A stretch of 62,036 nucleotides of DNA, the filler included. It is 6 parts of 6 records of this genome, joined end to end, with 100 filler letters (N's around TTAATTAATTAA, not from the genome) between each part and the next. Parts side by side here need not be neighbours in the genome. Positions count along the whole stretch, not along the records: positions 51,560 to 62,036 come from DRR378314_2710; 5 more parts are not named here. One strand, 5' to 3'. Position 1 is the first letter of the stretch; the number at the start of each line of letters is the position of its first letter. The notes below the pieces were generated by a model. The model had not been told where the DNA came from. It worked only from the letters and a program-made list of their open reading frames with translations, and made no database searches. Made by a program: the position numbers and the translations under genes. Shown here piece after piece: positions 60,069 through 62,036 of this stretch.

Positions 60069-61198
60069 GCGGCAGCAAGCGCGATAAATCGCTCAAGGTG
60101 GTGATCCGTATCCCCGAAGCGATGATCCGCCATGACAATCCGCTTTGCGATATGGGCCAGTTCGTATTCCTGCGTCATGGCGATGCCACCGTGCATCTGG
60201 ATGCTGTCCTCTGCCACCAGACGGCCCGCACGGCCCATGAGGTTTTTCGTTGCCGAAACATTCACCTCGCGGGTTTTGCGGTCACCTTCCAGATGCCCTG
60301 CGGCATTGATCACCGCGGAACGTGCCTGCTCCATCTCAATCAACAGATCGGACATCCGGTGTGCCAGCGCCTGAAACGTCCCAATCGGGCGGCCAAACTG
60401 CTTGCGCGTCATCAGATATTCCTTGGTCAGCGCGGTTGCGGTTTCCATCGCGCCCAATGTTTCAGCACATTGCGCAACTGCGGCAGCTGCGGTGCGCGCC
60501 TCAATGGCGGCAAATGCCTCGCCCGCTTTACCAAGCCGTGCAGAGGCGGGAATACTCACATCATCCAGCATGACCTCAGCAGCACGGCCACCGGCCAACA
60601 GGGCGTAACCCTGAATGGTGATGCCTTTGGTATCGGCAGGAACAAGAAACAGCGACAGGCCCGCATCATCCCCCGGTTCGCCGCTTTCACGTGCCGAAAT
60701 GACCAGATGATCCGCCGCCTCCGCATTCACCACAACCGCCTTATGCCCGTTCAGCACAATGTTATCACCATCCGCTTTCGCGCTGGTTTGTACGCGGTTC
60801 AGATCATAGCGGCTGGTGGGTTCGCCATGGGCAAAGGCCAATTGGCAGCCACCACCGATGATTTCTTCAACCAATGCAGCTTGGGTGTCATCCCCCAGAT
60901 CCGCCACCAATCCACCGGCAAGCACCGCCGTATCAAGAAAGGGCTCAACCACACCGGCACGGCCCAACTCCTCAAACACCACCGCGATGTCAAACCCCTT
61001 GCCGCCGAACCCGCCCTGTTCTTCGGTAAACAGGGCACCGATGACACCCAGCTCGGCCAGTTCGGTCCAAATCTCGCTCGACATGCCGGTTGCGCTGTCG
61101 AGGATCGTGTTGCGTGTCGCTGTGTCGTAGCGATCCCGCAGAAAGCGGCGCAACGTGTCTTGCAGCATCTGCCGTTCTTCTGTCAGCTCGAAATTCAT
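60065..61198 (-). CDS. Acyl-CoA dehydrogenase, small subunit-like (PimD-like)
   Basis: RKQFGRPIGTFQALAHR, IQMHGGIAMT.E, FGDTDHH. Confidence 0.9.
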   Translation of the reverse strand: MNFELTEERQMLQDTLRRFLRDRYDTATRNTILDSATGMSSEIWTELAELGVIGALFTEEQGGFGGKGFDIAVVFEELGRAGVVEPFLDTAVLAGGLVADLGDDTQAALVEEIIGGGCQLAFAHGEPTSRYDLNRVQTSAKADGDNIVLNGHKAVVVNAEAADHLVISARESGEPGDDAGLSLFLVPADTKGITIQGYALLAGGRAAEVMLDDVSIPASARLGKAGEAFAAIEARTAAAAVAQCAETLGAMETATALTKEYLMTRKQFGRPIGTFQALAHRMSDLLIEMEQARSAVINAAGHLEGDRKTREVNVSATKNLMGRAGRLVAEDSIQMHGGIAMTQEYELAHIAKRIVMADHRFGDTDHHLERFIALAAA

Positions 61199-61201
61199 GG
61201 C

Positions 61202-62036
61202 TTAGCCTCCCATGCTTACTTTGGCGATGATACCGCGCTGGATTTCATTCGATCCGCCAAAGATCGACAGTTTACGGTTGTTGAAATATTTGGCTGCTAC
61301 CGGCCCTGCACCCAAGGGATCGGGCAGGCCCGCATTGGACCCTTCAATCGCCTCTGAGGCGAAGGGCATTGCGTAAACCCCCGCTGTACGGCGGGCCAGA
61401 TCATTGATTTCCTGCCGGATAATCGTGCCTTTCACCTTGAGCATAGAGGCCTCGATCCCCGGTGTGCCACCACCGGCCGCCTTGGCGATAATGCGCATGT
61501 TGGTGGTTGCCATCGCCCGCAGATCGATTTCCACCTGCGCCACACGGGCAGCGAAATGCGGGTTCTGGATCAAAGGCTTGCCGCCTGCCATCTCGGATTT
61601 TGCCAGCCGTTTAACCGTGTTCAGGCCTGCCTGAGAGAAGCCGACACCAGCAATATTTGTACGTTCGTGGGTCAGCAGGTACTTGGCATAGGTCCAGCCC
61701 TTGTTCTCTTCACCCACCAGATTCTCAACCGGCACTTCGACGTCCGTGAACCAGACCTCGTTAACCTCAGGTGCCCCGTCCAACAGAATGATCGGGCGCA
61801 CTTCGATGCCCGGCGTGTTCATGTCGATCAGCAGAAATGAAATGCCTTCCTGCTGCTTCACATCCTTGTCCGTGCGCACCAGACAGAAGATCATATTTGC
61901 ATGCTGGCCCAACGTCGTCCATGTTTTCTGGCCGTTCACGATGTAATGCGTGCCTGCCTCATTCTTCACCGCCGTGGTTTTCAGCGAGGCAAGATCAGAA
62001 CCAGCCCCCGGTTCGGAATAGCCCTGACACCACCAG
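61202..62036 (-). CDS. Acyl-CoA dehydrogenase, large subunit-like (PimC-like), 5'-truncated
   Basis: WCQGYSEPGAGSDLASL, NGQKTWTT, SIFGGSNEIQR. Confidence 0.92.
   Translation of the reverse strand, partial: WWCQGYSEPGAGSDLASLKTTAVKNEAGTHYIVNGQKTWTTLGQHANMIFCLVRTDKDVKQQEGISFLLIDMNTPGIEVRPIILLDGAPEVNEVWFTDVEVPVENLVGEENKGWTYAKYLLTHERTNIAGVGFSQAGLNTVKRLAKSEMAGGKPLIQNPHFAARVAQVEIDLRAMATTNMRIIAKAAGGGTPGIEASMLKVKGTIIRQEINDLARRTAGVYAMPFASEAIEGSNAGLPDPLGAGPVAAKYFNNRKLSIFGGSNEIQRGIIAKVSMGG

Overview
The window is not one locus. It is six contig fragments joined by identical 100-nt artificial linkers (44 N + TTAATTAATTAA + 44 N) at 12155, 21586, 30067, 42217 and 51460. Fragments 1 (1-12154) and 3 (21686-30066) are very GC-rich and gammaproteobacterial (Alcanivorax/Pseudomonas-like). 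Fragment 1 carries pilT-pilU, osmC, pirin/yqjG/LysR, a DsbRS-like two-component system with divergent dsbE- and dsbG-like genes, and pyrC'-pyrB. Fragment 3 carries purB-roxA-GNAT, a large lipoprotein paired with a secreted MORN-repeat protein, a miniature secretin-like gene and glcB. Fragments 2, 4, 5 and 6 are Rhodobacteraceae (Roseobacter-like). Fragment 2: tRNA-Ser stub, MscS, cysK-trgB-trgA, photolyase, acuI. Fragment 4: uvrC, DUF922, pgsA-moaDE, fdhA, OmpA, ubiA/rsmE, gshA. Fragment 5: purF, orphan PAS kinase, cvpA, radA, alr, a hydrolase, dnaB. Fragment 6: a 1067-aa self-sufficient, cobalamin-dependent catabolic reductive dehalogenase fused to a flavin/2Fe-2S reductase, flanked by a divergent class IV aminotransferase and an overlapping UDP-glucuronate epimerase, then rpe and an acyl-CoA catabolic cluster. 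The best candidates for undescribed biology are the dehalogenase-aminotransferase locus (possible halogenated amino acid catabolism), the dsbD-less Dsb module whose DsbG lacks its dimerisation domain, and the lipoprotein/MORN/mini-secretin envelope cluster. All calls come from motif reading only; no database searches were run.
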